64,000 bases of DNA from the NCBI GenBank assembly GCA_937892925.1, contig CALBHX010000088.1, forward strand, positions 6,554-70,553. Direction: 5' to 3'. A program made the position numbers and the translations under genes. This DNA is from an uncultured Lentisphaeraceae bacterium. GTDB taxonomy: Bacteria; Verrucomicrobiota; Kiritimatiellia; RFP12; DVOR01. Positions 26,724 through 37,200 of the stretch are shown piece by piece. Numbering within the stretch: the first letter of the stretch is position 1; each line of letters opens with the position of its first letter. The notes beneath the pieces are model-generated. The model did not search any database. It was not told the DNA's origin and saw nothing but the letters and a program-made list of their open reading frames with translations.

Positions 26724-26771
26724 GGACGTTTTGGCGGGTTGAGCGTTTAGTATGGTAAAAGAACCCTTTCG

Positions 26772-28400
26772 TCAGTCATGGGTCAGGCGGAGAGAGGGTT
26801 TGGGTTTGGAGGAAGCCCGGCGGCGGCGTTTACGCCCGCGGGTGCGGATGGCTACATCGTGGCGGAGCGAGCCGTGCCGGCGTTGGTGGACGGGGGAGGA
26901 GTCGCGGTCGCGCACCTGGCTCTTGTAAAGTGTCCATCCCGGCGTCAGCAGAAACGAAAGTCCGCACACCCACATAGCCGGCAGCAGCAGGTTGTGGTTG
27001 CCCGTGAACTCGCTCACCATCAGAATGGCTGCCAGCGGCGTGCGCACAGCCGCGGTGAGATAACCCGCCATGCCCAGCATGGCAAAGTTCGAGAGCGAGA
27101 TTCCCAGCGAAGGGAAGAGCGTATAGAAGAGCGCGCCCATGCTTGTGCCATACATTGCGCCGCAGAAGAGCGCCGGCCCGAGCATCCCGCCCGCGCCGCC
27201 TGAGCCCACGGTGAATGAGGTGGCCACCGCCTTCAGCACGCCCAGCAGAAACAGCAGCCCAGCCAGCGAGGCGCCTGCAAAACACGGCGCGGCGAACACC
27301 TCTGCATTCCCTTGCAGCGTGGCCTGAATGTAACCATAGCCCGAGGAGAGAATCTGCGGGAAAAAGAGCCCCATTGCGCCCACAAGCAGCCCTCCCAGCA
27401 GCGGTTTCATCCACGGCCTCAGCGTCAGCCGCCGGAACACAATCTCCGTCTGCCGGAAAAACAGAATATTGAAGCGCACCGCCGCCGCAATCAGAAAGGC
27501 CAGCGCCGCATAAAAGAAGAACTTCACCGGGGAGTTGAACAGATCTTCCGGCGTTGAAAATACCGGCGCCCATCCAAACGCGCACGCATAGGTCATATAG
27601 GCAATGGTTGAGGCCACCATCGAGGGGATCAGCACATCTCCCTCCAGGTCAAACCCCCGATACAGCACTTCCGAAGCAAAGAGTGCCCCCGCCATCGGCG
27701 AACGGAAAATCGCGCCGATGCCTGCGGCCATTCCCGCCGCCATCAAAATCCGCCGTTCATAGGGCGAGAGCCGCAGCATTCGCGCTACAAACGTGCCGCA
27801 CACGGCTCCAATCTGCGTAATCGGCCCTTCAGCTCCGGCCGATCCGCCGGTGCCGATGACCAGCGAAGAGGCAATCACCTTCACCGGCGCCACGGCTACC
27901 GGCAGCCGCGTGGCTGAATGGTGATAGGCGGCAATTACCGTGTCGGTGCCATGCCCGGAAGCCGACGGCGCAAATCGCCGCGCCAGCAGATAGGCCAGCA
28001 TCGCCCCCAGCCCCGGCAGCACCAGCCGGATAAACCCCGCCAAGATCGCCCCCAGCGAGGGCACCTCCACGCCTGCCACCGTCCCCCCCGGCCACAGCCT
28101 GTCCAGCAGCGTGTAATGAATCTCCGGCGCGTGCGCCAGCATCGGCTCCCCCGCTGTCGCCGGCACCGCTGCGTGCCCAAACGCCTCAAACGCGTAAACC
28201 CGCACCCACTCGATCATCGAGAAAAACCAGATGGCCATCAGCCCCACCAGCACGCCCACCAACGCGCAGATGAATACCGTCCGCCCCATCTGGAGCGTCT
28301 CGCCCTCTGCCGGCACCCAGAAGCGGAACCACCGCCACGAGGCCCGCCCCCGCTCCAACATGTCCGCCGCTCGCGCGGCGCCCTGTCTGAACAGTTTCAT
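26772..28400 (-). CDS. ClC-family chloride channel / H+-Cl- antiporter, without C-terminal CBS domains
   Basis: At least 10 TM segments. 'GTGGSAGAEGPITQIG' is the GxEGP selectivity/gating-Glu motif, and 'GSGGAGGMLGPALFCG' is present. The short basic C-terminal tail contains no CBS pair. Confidence 0.9.
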   Translation of the reverse strand: MKLFRQGAARAADMLERGRASWRWFRFWVPAEGETLQMGRTVFICALVGVLVGLMAIWFFSMIEWVRVYAFEAFGHAAVPATAGEPMLAHAPEIHYTLLDRLWPGGTVAGVEVPSLGAILAGFIRLVLPGLGAMLAYLLARRFAPSASGHGTDTVIAAYHHSATRLPVAVAPVKVIASSLVIGTGGSAGAEGPITQIGAVCGTFVARMLRLSPYERRILMAAGMAAGIGAIFRSPMAGALFASEVLYRGFDLEGDVLIPSMVASTIAYMTYACAFGWAPVFSTPEDLFNSPVKFFFYAALAFLIAAAVRFNILFFRQTEIVFRRLTLRPWMKPLLGGLLVGAMGLFFPQILSSGYGYIQATLQGNAEVFAAPCFAGASLAGLLFLLGVLKAVATSFTVGSGGAGGMLGPALFCGAMYGTSMGALFYTLFPSLGISLSNFAMLGMAGYLTAAVRTPLAAILMVSEFTGNHNLLLPAMWVCGLSFLLTPGWTLYKSQVRDRDSSPVHQRRHGSLRHDVAIRTRGRKRRRRASSKPKPSLRLTHD

Positions 28401-28401
28401 G

Positions 28402-29337
28402 TCAATCTTTAAGAATTCGCCGGAAGAACAGCCCCACCGGAATTTCCCCGATCAGCCGCTGTTCATCATCCAGCACATAACACACCGCCGCATTCCGTTC
28501 GGCCATGTCTGCGGCAATCTCCTGCGCCGGCGTCCCCGGCAAGCATGTACATACATCCGTATTCATCGCTTCGCACACCCGGATCTGATGCGCCTCCTCT
28601 AGCCGTGCCGCCAAATGGCTCATGGCCACATCCGGCGAAACCGGCGCAAACCCCGGGAACAGCTTGCGGAAACCTTTCGGAATAAAACACCCCAGCAGCG
28701 CCCGTGTGTCCACCGTCCCCACGAGACGCCCCGCCTCATCGATAATCGGCAGCTCCGTCCGCGCATCGGCCATAAAGTGTTCCAAAGCCTCCGAAAGCGG
28801 CTCCGCGGCCCGGAGCGCCGTCTCCGTCTGCCGCATCAGATCCCCGCCGCAGACATATTCCGGCAGGCTCAGCTCGCTCCGCCGCAGCTGCGCCATTACG
28901 TCGCTAGGCTCCCGCGATGCGGCCAAGCGTTCCGCCGCCCCAGGCTCCCGCAGCAGCTTCGCCAATGCCCGCAGAATTTGCAGATAGCGCGCCGGCTGGC
29001 TCTCCGGCACCAGGAGGAGAAACACCAGCTTCAGCGGTTTTTCCACCCCCTCGGCGGGCACCCCAGCCGGGTAAATCCCAAGCGCCATATACGGCCGCTC
29101 AATCCCGCTGATGCGCGTATGCGGCAGGGCAACCCCTTCACCCACCGCTGTCGGCGACGTCCGCTCCCGCCGCAGCACCGCATCCACAATCGGCCCGCAC
29201 GGCACCCCCGGAAAATGATTCGCCGCCAGCCTCTCTACCAAGGCCGAAACCAAATTGTACATTGAGGGCACCGTCTGATCAAAGACAATGTCCTTTTCCG
29301 AAAAAAAGGTGCTCAACTGAATGGTGTCGTCAGCCAT
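28402..29337 (-). CDS. PTS EIIA type-2 (PtsN/EIIA-Ntr-like) domain fused to a CBS-domain pair
   Basis: 'AVGEGVALPHTRISGIERPYMALG' is the EIIA-2 phospho-His motif. The C-terminal half, 'ELPIIDEAGRLVGTV' ... 'AAVCYVLDDEQRLIGEI', forms two CBS repeats. The stop is separated by 1 nt from the ClC start. Confidence 0.8.
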   Translation of the reverse strand: MADDTIQLSTFFSEKDIVFDQTVPSMYNLVSALVERLAANHFPGVPCGPIVDAVLRRERTSPTAVGEGVALPHTRISGIERPYMALGIYPAGVPAEGVEKPLKLVFLLLVPESQPARYLQILRALAKLLREPGAAERLAASREPSDVMAQLRRSELSLPEYVCGGDLMRQTETALRAAEPLSEALEHFMADARTELPIIDEAGRLVGTVDTRALLGCFIPKGFRKLFPGFAPVSPDVAMSHLAARLEEAHQIRVCEAMNTDVCTCLPGTPAQEIAADMAERNAAVCYVLDDEQRLIGEIPVGLFFRRILKD

Positions 29338-29608
29338 CTTCTAAACTCCCTGATTGCGCCATAGCATACCACAACGCTCTGCCCCTTTTCCCGTTCGCGC
29401 CGTGTCTTCTGCCGAGCGCATCCCCCGCCCGGGGTAGGTTCAGCGCCAATTCGGGGCGGACGCGGTTCGCTTTCCTGTGCCGCCTGCCGGCCGGAGCTTT
29501 GCCCGTTTCCCCGCGCTGCCCGCCCAGTGCGCCTTGGCTGACCGCAGGCTGCTTTTTTGCTATTCTCATGCGGTATGCGCCGCGAGCGCAGAAAGGATTT
29601 GGTTTGCA

Positions 29609-30427
29609 ATGACCTGGGGCTTTGCTTCGTATGAAACGCGTTTCCGCTGGGCGGCGGCGCTGTGGGCGGTATTGATGACGATCTGGTGCATGAGCCCGCT
29701 GCCGTGGCGAGTACGCGTCTTCGGCGCTATTCTTTGGGTGGCCATCACGCTGGGCGTGTCGGTTCGGTTTGCCTGGTGGCGGTCGCGCTCCGCGCGCGAG
29801 GTGCCCATCTTTTTGAGAATGCGGTGCGCCAATGAAGTGGTTGTTGAGCGCCTCATCCGCAACCTCGTGGCCGCAGGCTACCGCCTGCAGACCGTTTCGG
29901 AAGCGCTGGAAGCCCCCGCCCGCAAAGCCGTGGCGATCACCTTCGATGACGGCGGGCGCGAAGCCTTCAGCCGCATCTTCCCTTTACTAAAGAAGCTTCA
30001 TGCCAAAGCCACCTTTTTTGTAACCGATCGCGGCGCCCGGGAGGCCGATTTCCTCAAGCCGTTGGAGATTCAGGAGATGGCCCGCTCCGGCCTGGTCGAG
30101 TTCGGCGGCACCGCCGCGCCGCTTCCCCCCGGCGCTGAAGTGGAAGCCTGGCGCGCCGAAATCCTCCGCAACCGCCGCTGGCTCACCGGCGTGTTGGGTG
30201 CTCTTCCCCGCGCCTTCGCTTACCCTGACGGCACCCTTCCTGAGGTGCTCGGCCCCGAAGTGCAGGCCGTCGGTTATCCCCACGCATTCACCGTGAATGC
30301 CAGCCTCCGCGCCCCGGCGGAAGACCCCCTGGCCATCCCCCGGCGCGACATTCCCGGCACCTATAAACCCTGGCAGGCCTATCTGATGGCCACTCGGGGC
30401 CGCTTCTCCCTGTGCAGCCGAGCTTGA
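29609..30427 (+). CDS. Polysaccharide deacetylase (NodB homology domain), membrane-anchored
   Basis: Two N-terminal TM helices, then 'KAVAITFDDGGREAF' (NodB motif 1) and 'ATFFV'. ATG 29609 was chosen over ORF-track start 29477. Confidence 0.7.
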   Translation: MTWGFASYETRFRWAAALWAVLMTIWCMSPLPWRVRVFGAILWVAITLGVSVRFAWWRSRSAREVPIFLRMRCANEVVVERLIRNLVAAGYRLQTVSEALEAPARKAVAITFDDGGREAFSRIFPLLKKLHAKATFFVTDRGAREADFLKPLEIQEMARSGLVEFGGTAAPLPPGAEVEAWRAEILRNRRWLTGVLGALPRAFAYPDGTLPEVLGPEVQAVGYPHAFTVNASLRAPAEDPLAIPRRDIPGTYKPWQAYLMATRGRFSLCSRA

Positions 30428-30513
30428 CCGTGCCCGTCAAGAAAAGAGGTTGCGGAGAAAGAGGCGTTGTGATAGTTTATCCACGTATGCTTGAGTTATC
30501 AAAGAGGTCTTGT

Positions 30514-31242
30514 ATGCGGAGTTGGACGCTTCCGCAGGCGGCAAAACAGATTGCCGTCTGCCTTTTAGGCGTCTTTGGAACCTTGATTTTTCAAGGCTGC
30601 AAAGATGATGCCCCACAACCCTATGCCGAGCTGGATGCGCGTTTCCCAGAGGGGCGCCCAGGCTTGGCCGATACCGATGCGCGTGCGCAGGATGCCGCCT
30701 ATCAGGCTGCACTGACCGCCGCCGCAAAAGAATTATCCGGCCTTCAGCAAACCGCCTCCGCCGCACGCGCGGAAGCGGAGCGCTTCGGCAAAACGCTCAC
30801 CGAACAGCTCTCCGCGCGCGTTGGCAAAACCCCGCCCGCCAAGCTGGTTGAAGCCGAGCTCGAAAAGAACGAGCATTATCAGAAGCTCCTGAAAACCGCT
30901 GAAGCGGCCGAGGCCGCCGTCCGCGCCAAACAGCAGGAGAACCAGAAGCTTATTCGCGACCGGATGTGGGCCGATGCCAACGCCTATGACCGCATGAAGG
31001 CTCAGGCCGATGAGCAGGCCCGCCAAGCCGGCGTCGCCGTCCGCAACAGTGCGGAAGCCGCCCGTCAGCAGGCGCAGACTGCTAAAGCCCAGGCACGTCA
31101 GGCCGCGGCAGAAGCCAAAGCCCGCGCCAAGCAGGCCGCCGAAGAAGCGAAAGCCGCGGCCGCCAAGGCGCGCGCTTCCGCCCCCACGCTCGACGATCTC
31201 TCCAAAGCTTCCGGGATCCCTGTCCTCCCGGCCAAGCAATAA
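30514..31242 (+). CDS. Ala/Gln/Lys-rich coiled-coil lipoprotein
   Basis: Lipobox 'LIFQGC' follows a hydrophobic segment. The long helical low-complexity region is 'AEAARQQAQTAKAQARQAAAEAKARAKQAAEEAKAAAAKA'. ATG 30514 is preceded by AGAGG; the start is uncertain (30487 is an alternative). Confidence 0.55.
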   Translation: MRSWTLPQAAKQIAVCLLGVFGTLIFQGCKDDAPQPYAELDARFPEGRPGLADTDARAQDAAYQAALTAAAKELSGLQQTASAARAEAERFGKTLTEQLSARVGKTPPAKLVEAELEKNEHYQKLLKTAEAAEAAVRAKQQENQKLIRDRMWADANAYDRMKAQADEQARQAGVAVRNSAEAARQQAQTAKAQARQAAAEAKARAKQAAEEAKAAAAKARASAPTLDDLSKASGIPVLPAKQ

Positions 31243-31283
31243 CCCCTTTAGATAGCCCCTCTCCTTACGCGAGGTAACACGAG

Positions 31284-34200
31284 ATGAAAATGAAAAACAC
31301 GTTTCTAATCGCGACAAGCGCGCTTCTTATGGGCGTCTTCGGCGCAGGCCGCGCCTTTGCGGCGCCCGCCGATGACACCATCAAGACCAAGGTTCGCATT
31401 GAGTCGATCACCAAAGTCGCGCCCGATGGAGAGGCCAATCTGCCCCTTTCCCCAACCACCACGTCAACCATCTACTTCGATGTGAAGCTGAAAGACGCCT
31501 CCGGCGCCGGTGCCACGGTCGAATTCGTTGCCAACGAATACGAGCAGGCCAACAGCAATAACAACGACCGCCCCTATCTGGTGCTCAATATCCCCCTGCG
31601 CGGGCTGAGCACCAAGAGCAAAATCACCCTCGCAGAGGGAGAGGCTGCCAGCGCACAGACGGCCGCCGCCGTGGCCTATTACGCAGGGCCGGGCGCGTCT
31701 GCTGACGTTCTTCGCTTCGCCTACGACGTCCGCCCCGGAGATATGAGTGAAGCCATTTCTTGGGCGCGCAAGGCCACCGGTGCTCCGACGTTCGGCGGCG
31801 CGATTGGCGCCATCCGCCTCTCGGTTCGCATCCCCGGCACCCCGCAGTCCCTCAACGGAAATCTCACAGAAGCTTCCCTCATTGGCGCACCCGATGTGGA
31901 AGTTGCTGAAGACACTGCCAATGTTTGGCCCGTCAGCGGATACTCCATCAAGATCGGTGCTTTGACCGATCCGGCCGATCTCAACGGCGAATCCCTCTAT
32001 CAGGGACTGGTTCCGGTTACCATTTCTACGAGCGATGGTGCCGCCGCAGCGAACTTCTCCGACACCACCCTCGCCAAAAACTGCTACCTCTGGGTGGAAG
32101 CCAAAGATGGCGCCGATTGGAAATACGTCCCCGCCGGCGTCACCCGCATGATCAAGGATGAAACCGCCATCGTGGAAGGCACGCACGGCACCGCACTCTC
32201 GGATACCTTCAAGGATGCCTGGGCTGCTCGATTCGTGGGGCCCAACGATCCGAAGGCGACAACGTTCGAGACGCAGACCTACTTTGTGAACATCCCTGCC
32301 TCCGTTCCCGCCGGCACCACGATGCGCCTCTGCTACGGCGTCCGCCGCGACGGCGGCGAAGCCGGCACCCTCACCAAAACGCTTTATACCTATGTGGAGA
32401 CGCCGCTGTTGGCCTCTCCCGTCAAGGACAACGCCAACACCTCCGGCTATGAAGTTACCTGCGGCGAGATGACCGCTGAGGACTTTACCCTCCCTGCCGA
32501 CGGCCTCAAGCTCGGCTATGAAGCCCTCAACAACAAGGTTGTCTCCGGCGGCACCATTAATGCCGGAGCCGGTGAAGTGGTTACGCTCGTGGTCTCTAAA
32601 ATCAATATCGACACCCTCAGCAACTACGGCACGCTCTATGCTGATGTAGAGTGCATCTCGGCCACTAACCCCGCCAAGGCCACCTTCAGCCGCTACTACG
32701 TCCCCCTGGATCCTACCGACACCACCGGCGGCGATTTGCTGAAGCTCACCATCGCCAACACCGCCCAGAACGGCACGTCCTACTTCCGCATCCGCATCCC
32801 GCAATTGGAAGCCCTCGGCGCGGATACCGCCGATAAGCCCTTCTATCTGCGCGTCGTCTCTTCGCCCAAGCGCGAAACCATCAACCTCGCCCCCGGCGCC
32901 GAAGGCACCGTCGGCACGGAATACTATCAGCCCGCCGATGTCGCCTCCACGGCCGCCGGTTCAGCCAGCTTCCTTTCTTATACGCTCACGGTTCCGGTCT
33001 CCACATCCAACCGTTACTTCAAGATCCACCCCGTCGGCCGGGATATGAGCACCTATATCACGCCCACCGCCACCTTCGCGGATGGACGCAAGGTGCAGGA
33101 AACGATCGCCCGCTATGTGAAGCTTCAGACGCAGGGCGCATCCGTGCTTCAGGGCGCTGGGGCCGAGCTCGTGGTCAGCGTGCCCGCAGGCGCCACTTCC
33201 GCCACCTTCTATGTGGCCTGCATCAATGATGCCCCGCAGAATTATCTCACGGGCACCGTGGACGTGGACGGTACGCCCGTGGCCATGAGCGGCGTCATGT
33301 TTATTGCCAAGGGCTGCAACTCTACCGGTACCATCACCGGCGTGAACGATGTGTGCAACGGCATCGTCCAGCCTGTGGTGCAGGATCGCGCCCCGACCAT
33401 TACCGCCAGCAATCCGCCCTCCGGCGGCTCCACCGGCACGGCGCTCACCTTCACCTTTACCATGGTGGACGTCTTCTCCGATTATCTCGTGGCTAAGATG
33501 AGCTACGGCGACGGCGTAACGGAGACCTACCTTTATGCCGATGAAGCCGAGATGATCGCTATCATGGGCGAAGCCCAGTGGGCCGCCCAGCTCGAGCAGC
33601 TCGCCCAGAACTATGGCGGCGAAGCGGCCGATTATGCTTGGAATGACGATCCTGCCCTGCGCGGTAAGTATCGCCGCCCCCGCAGCGCCATCGGCACCGA
33701 AACGGTCAATTTCTCCCACACCTATACCTCCGGCTCCAATCCTTCCTGGATCTTCACGGTGACGGACTCCTCTATGATGTCCGATTCCCGTCAGGGGCAG
33801 CTCTCGCTGCAGACGTCCCAGCTCTTCACCTTCTATACGGTGAAGAATGGTACGGTTCCCGCCACCGGCTTCGTCCGCTGGGGCAACCAGAGCACCGCGC
33901 CCGGCGATGTCGGGTTTGACTGGACCTTCGGCGAAACCTACACCTACAACGCGCTGACCCGCGCCGGCGGCTCCACGTCGGTAACCGTGCAGGCCGTCCC
34001 GTTCGCGGCCGGCTTCGCTACGCCCGCAGACTACACCGAGATCAGCTCCACGCGCGACTCCTTCTTCTATAAGTGGGGCGCCCGCCACGCCGATTATGAA
34101 GCCCTTCTCCCGCAGGGCGACGGCATCTATGAGCGCATTCTCACCATCAACCGCGCCTTCGTTTCCGGTGGCGGTGAAGCCACCGACTCCACCAAGTGGC

Positions 34201-37200
34201 AGGATATCGTGCTGGAAGCCGTCTTCGTGGCAGAATGGCTCCCCGGCGATGCCCTCACGGCTTACGCTGCAAACCGCAATCAGCCCTATCTCTATGCTTT
34301 CGGCGACTACAACAGCGACGGCGTGCCGGACGGGTGGTTGCTCAAAAATCTGGGCGAAACCAATGGCCGCACGGCTGTTGAGGGCGACTCCATCGCGGAT
34401 ACCATGCCGGTGGAAGATCGTCTCCCGCTCGCCGGCTGGGGCAGCGGCGATGCGGCTTACCGCTTTGGCTCTTCGGATGGCCGCTTGGGATACTCCAACA
34501 ACGGCGGCCCCTCTTCGCTGACCGGCGATGTGTTCGGCTACCGCCTCCGGATTCGCGGCCGCGACACGGCCTTGAACGCGGCCGATGGCAACGGCAACTG
34601 GCTTTCCAACCCTGCATGGATTGTTCTGCTGCACCCGGAACAGGCCGCCGGCGTTGTGTGCGTGGGTAATGTCCAAAACGGCGTGTTTACGCCGGAATGG
34701 AATCAGGTTCGCCTGGCCTCCTCGCTCAATACTTCCGTGGCCGGTGTAACCGTGGCGCTCACGGCAGAAAACAAGATTCCTTATGATGCCAACAGCGTGG
34801 ATGCGCAGGGCTGGGCGTATGTGATTGACAGCAACGGCCGCCCGATTAAGGCCGGAAGCACCGGTTATCGGGCGAACAACCTCATGGTGCAGACGAAGAC
34901 CGATTCGGATGATTACGAGCGCTTCATATATTCCTACAGCAAGTGGGGCTACAAGACAAACGGCAACTGGGGCGATGATTCTGTGGCCGGTGAAGACGGC
35001 GCGCTCTTCCCCTTCACAACGGTAGCCGATGCCAATGCCGCCATGGATGGCAAGACGGTCAATCAGTACACCGGCGCCGACTTCCAGGGCACCTACTGCT
35101 TCATTGATGCCCGCGTGCCGGCCGGCCTGCTCATCGATGAACCGTTCTATACCGATGAGGCTCACCGCACCGATAATCACCTCGATCCGCGCAAGACCTG
35201 CTGGCTGGATCGCTTCAATAAGAATAACGCCGACCAAGATGGCGATGGCATCTCCAACGGTGCGGAGTACTATTTCTGGTATTACGCTTCCCGGATTGCC
35301 TGGGGCTCCGTCTACAAAGAGGGCGACAATGTTCAGCTCAACACCGCGCTCTGGCCGGCAGTGGATCTTCGCGACCGCAGCGGCGATAATACGGATGCCA
35401 ACCTCGGCACAACGGAAAAGTTCACTCTGGGGCGCCGCTACCGCAACGCCTATGATCCGGATGCCAAGGAGCACGCCTATTACACGATTAGTGCCGGCGG
35501 CGTTGTAACCGGCGCCATCGGGGATGCTTCTTCGGGTAAGGGCAACTATTGGGAGACGATCCCGGCGACCGAAGTGCTCGCCGCCTTTGATCCATACTCC
35601 GCTGCCGATAAGAAGCTGGATACGGATAATGACGGGCTCACCAATCTCGAAGAGTTCGCCGCCGGAACCAACCCGATCGATTGCGATACGGATAATGACT
35701 GGATCATTGACGGCTGGGAAGTGGCTTACGGCCTCGATCCGCTCAACATTCAGGATAATGGCGCCAACGATGCCGAAAAGAACCCCGATAATGACTATTA
35801 TGCTCGGGCGATTGTGAAACTTTATCCCGATTATCACCACCTCTTCAAGGTGGAGGTTACAACGGGAGCCGGGACGCCGTTCGTGGATTTGACGGGTTCG
35901 TCGTACTACTTCGACTATGAATCCCGGGTCTTCCGAATTGTCTCTGATGCTGTTTTTGCCAATGGCCTGGTGCTGGGCGAGAGCGTGCGTACAGACGAGA
36001 TCCCGTGGGAAACCGGAAAGGCGCATGTTACCGGCTGGGCAAACGAAGCGCCGCGTTTCCTCGAAATGGCGCCGGAATATAAGATTATCCGCGACTTTGA
36101 GGTCTATTCCACCTTCGGATTCAATCCGGAGACCGGCTGGGGCACACGGACGTCTGCCCTGGATGCGGCTCTAAAGAAGTTCAGCGGTGTAACGCTGAGC
36201 GCCAATACGCAGCCCTTTGTCAGCCGTGAAGAGTTCAACTCCGCAGTTAAACGCGGAAACTGGAAGACACTCTCGACGGATCCGACTTCTGCCGATACGA
36301 ACGGCGACGGCGTGCCGGACGGCTGGGAAGCCTATGTCGGAATGCGCCCCTACAAAACGTCGGATGTGGCCGATGGCAATAAAGATACCGATGGGGACGG
36401 TTTGACCGTGGCGCAGGAGTTCCAGTGCCTGGGCGCCAACCTGATCGGTTCCGGGTTGGGGTGGAGCGCAACGCTTATCAGCGATAAGCACAGCTCTTCC
36501 TGGACGAATAAGACGCTTCCGACGGATCCGATGAACCCGGATACGGACTTTGACGGCCTCTGGGATGGCGATGAGGGAGACGCCACCTATTGCTACTCGC
36601 CTTCGATTGCCGATTGGCGCGGCGGCGGCTGCAACCCGACTTCTGCCGATACCGATGGGGACGGCATGACCGATGGCTGGGAATTCCGTTACGGCGTGGT
36701 GGCTTCGGACGTTGCCTCCGAGGATGATTCCAGCTCCACGACAACGGCGGCCAAGGTGAGCACCTTGATTGGCCCCGATCCGACTTACTCGGGTGATTAT
36801 TCCGTGGACTATGACCGCGATGGTCTTGCGCAGTATCAGGAGTATCTCACGGGCATCCTCCGCCACCTGCGTTATGATCTCGGCCCGGATGCCGCGCGCA
36901 TTCACAAGGACTTCCCCGGCATCCTTGAAGATGCCATGGAAACCAGCTCCAAGACATATCAGTGGAAGCAATTGCCGGATATCTATAATGCCATGACAGA
37001 CATGGTCAATCCGTCTGAAGCGCCTGCCTTGCTCTACGAAGAGGCCGCTCGCGACAGTATCGGCTTGATCTATGACGAAATCGTGGTGAATCCGTTGGCA
37101 CAGGCATTCAGCTCTTCAGCACTGGCTGCCGAGGAGATGCATTCATCGCAGAACGCCGGCGGGATTCAGACGGAGCAGTGCGCACCGGCCATTACGGCCG

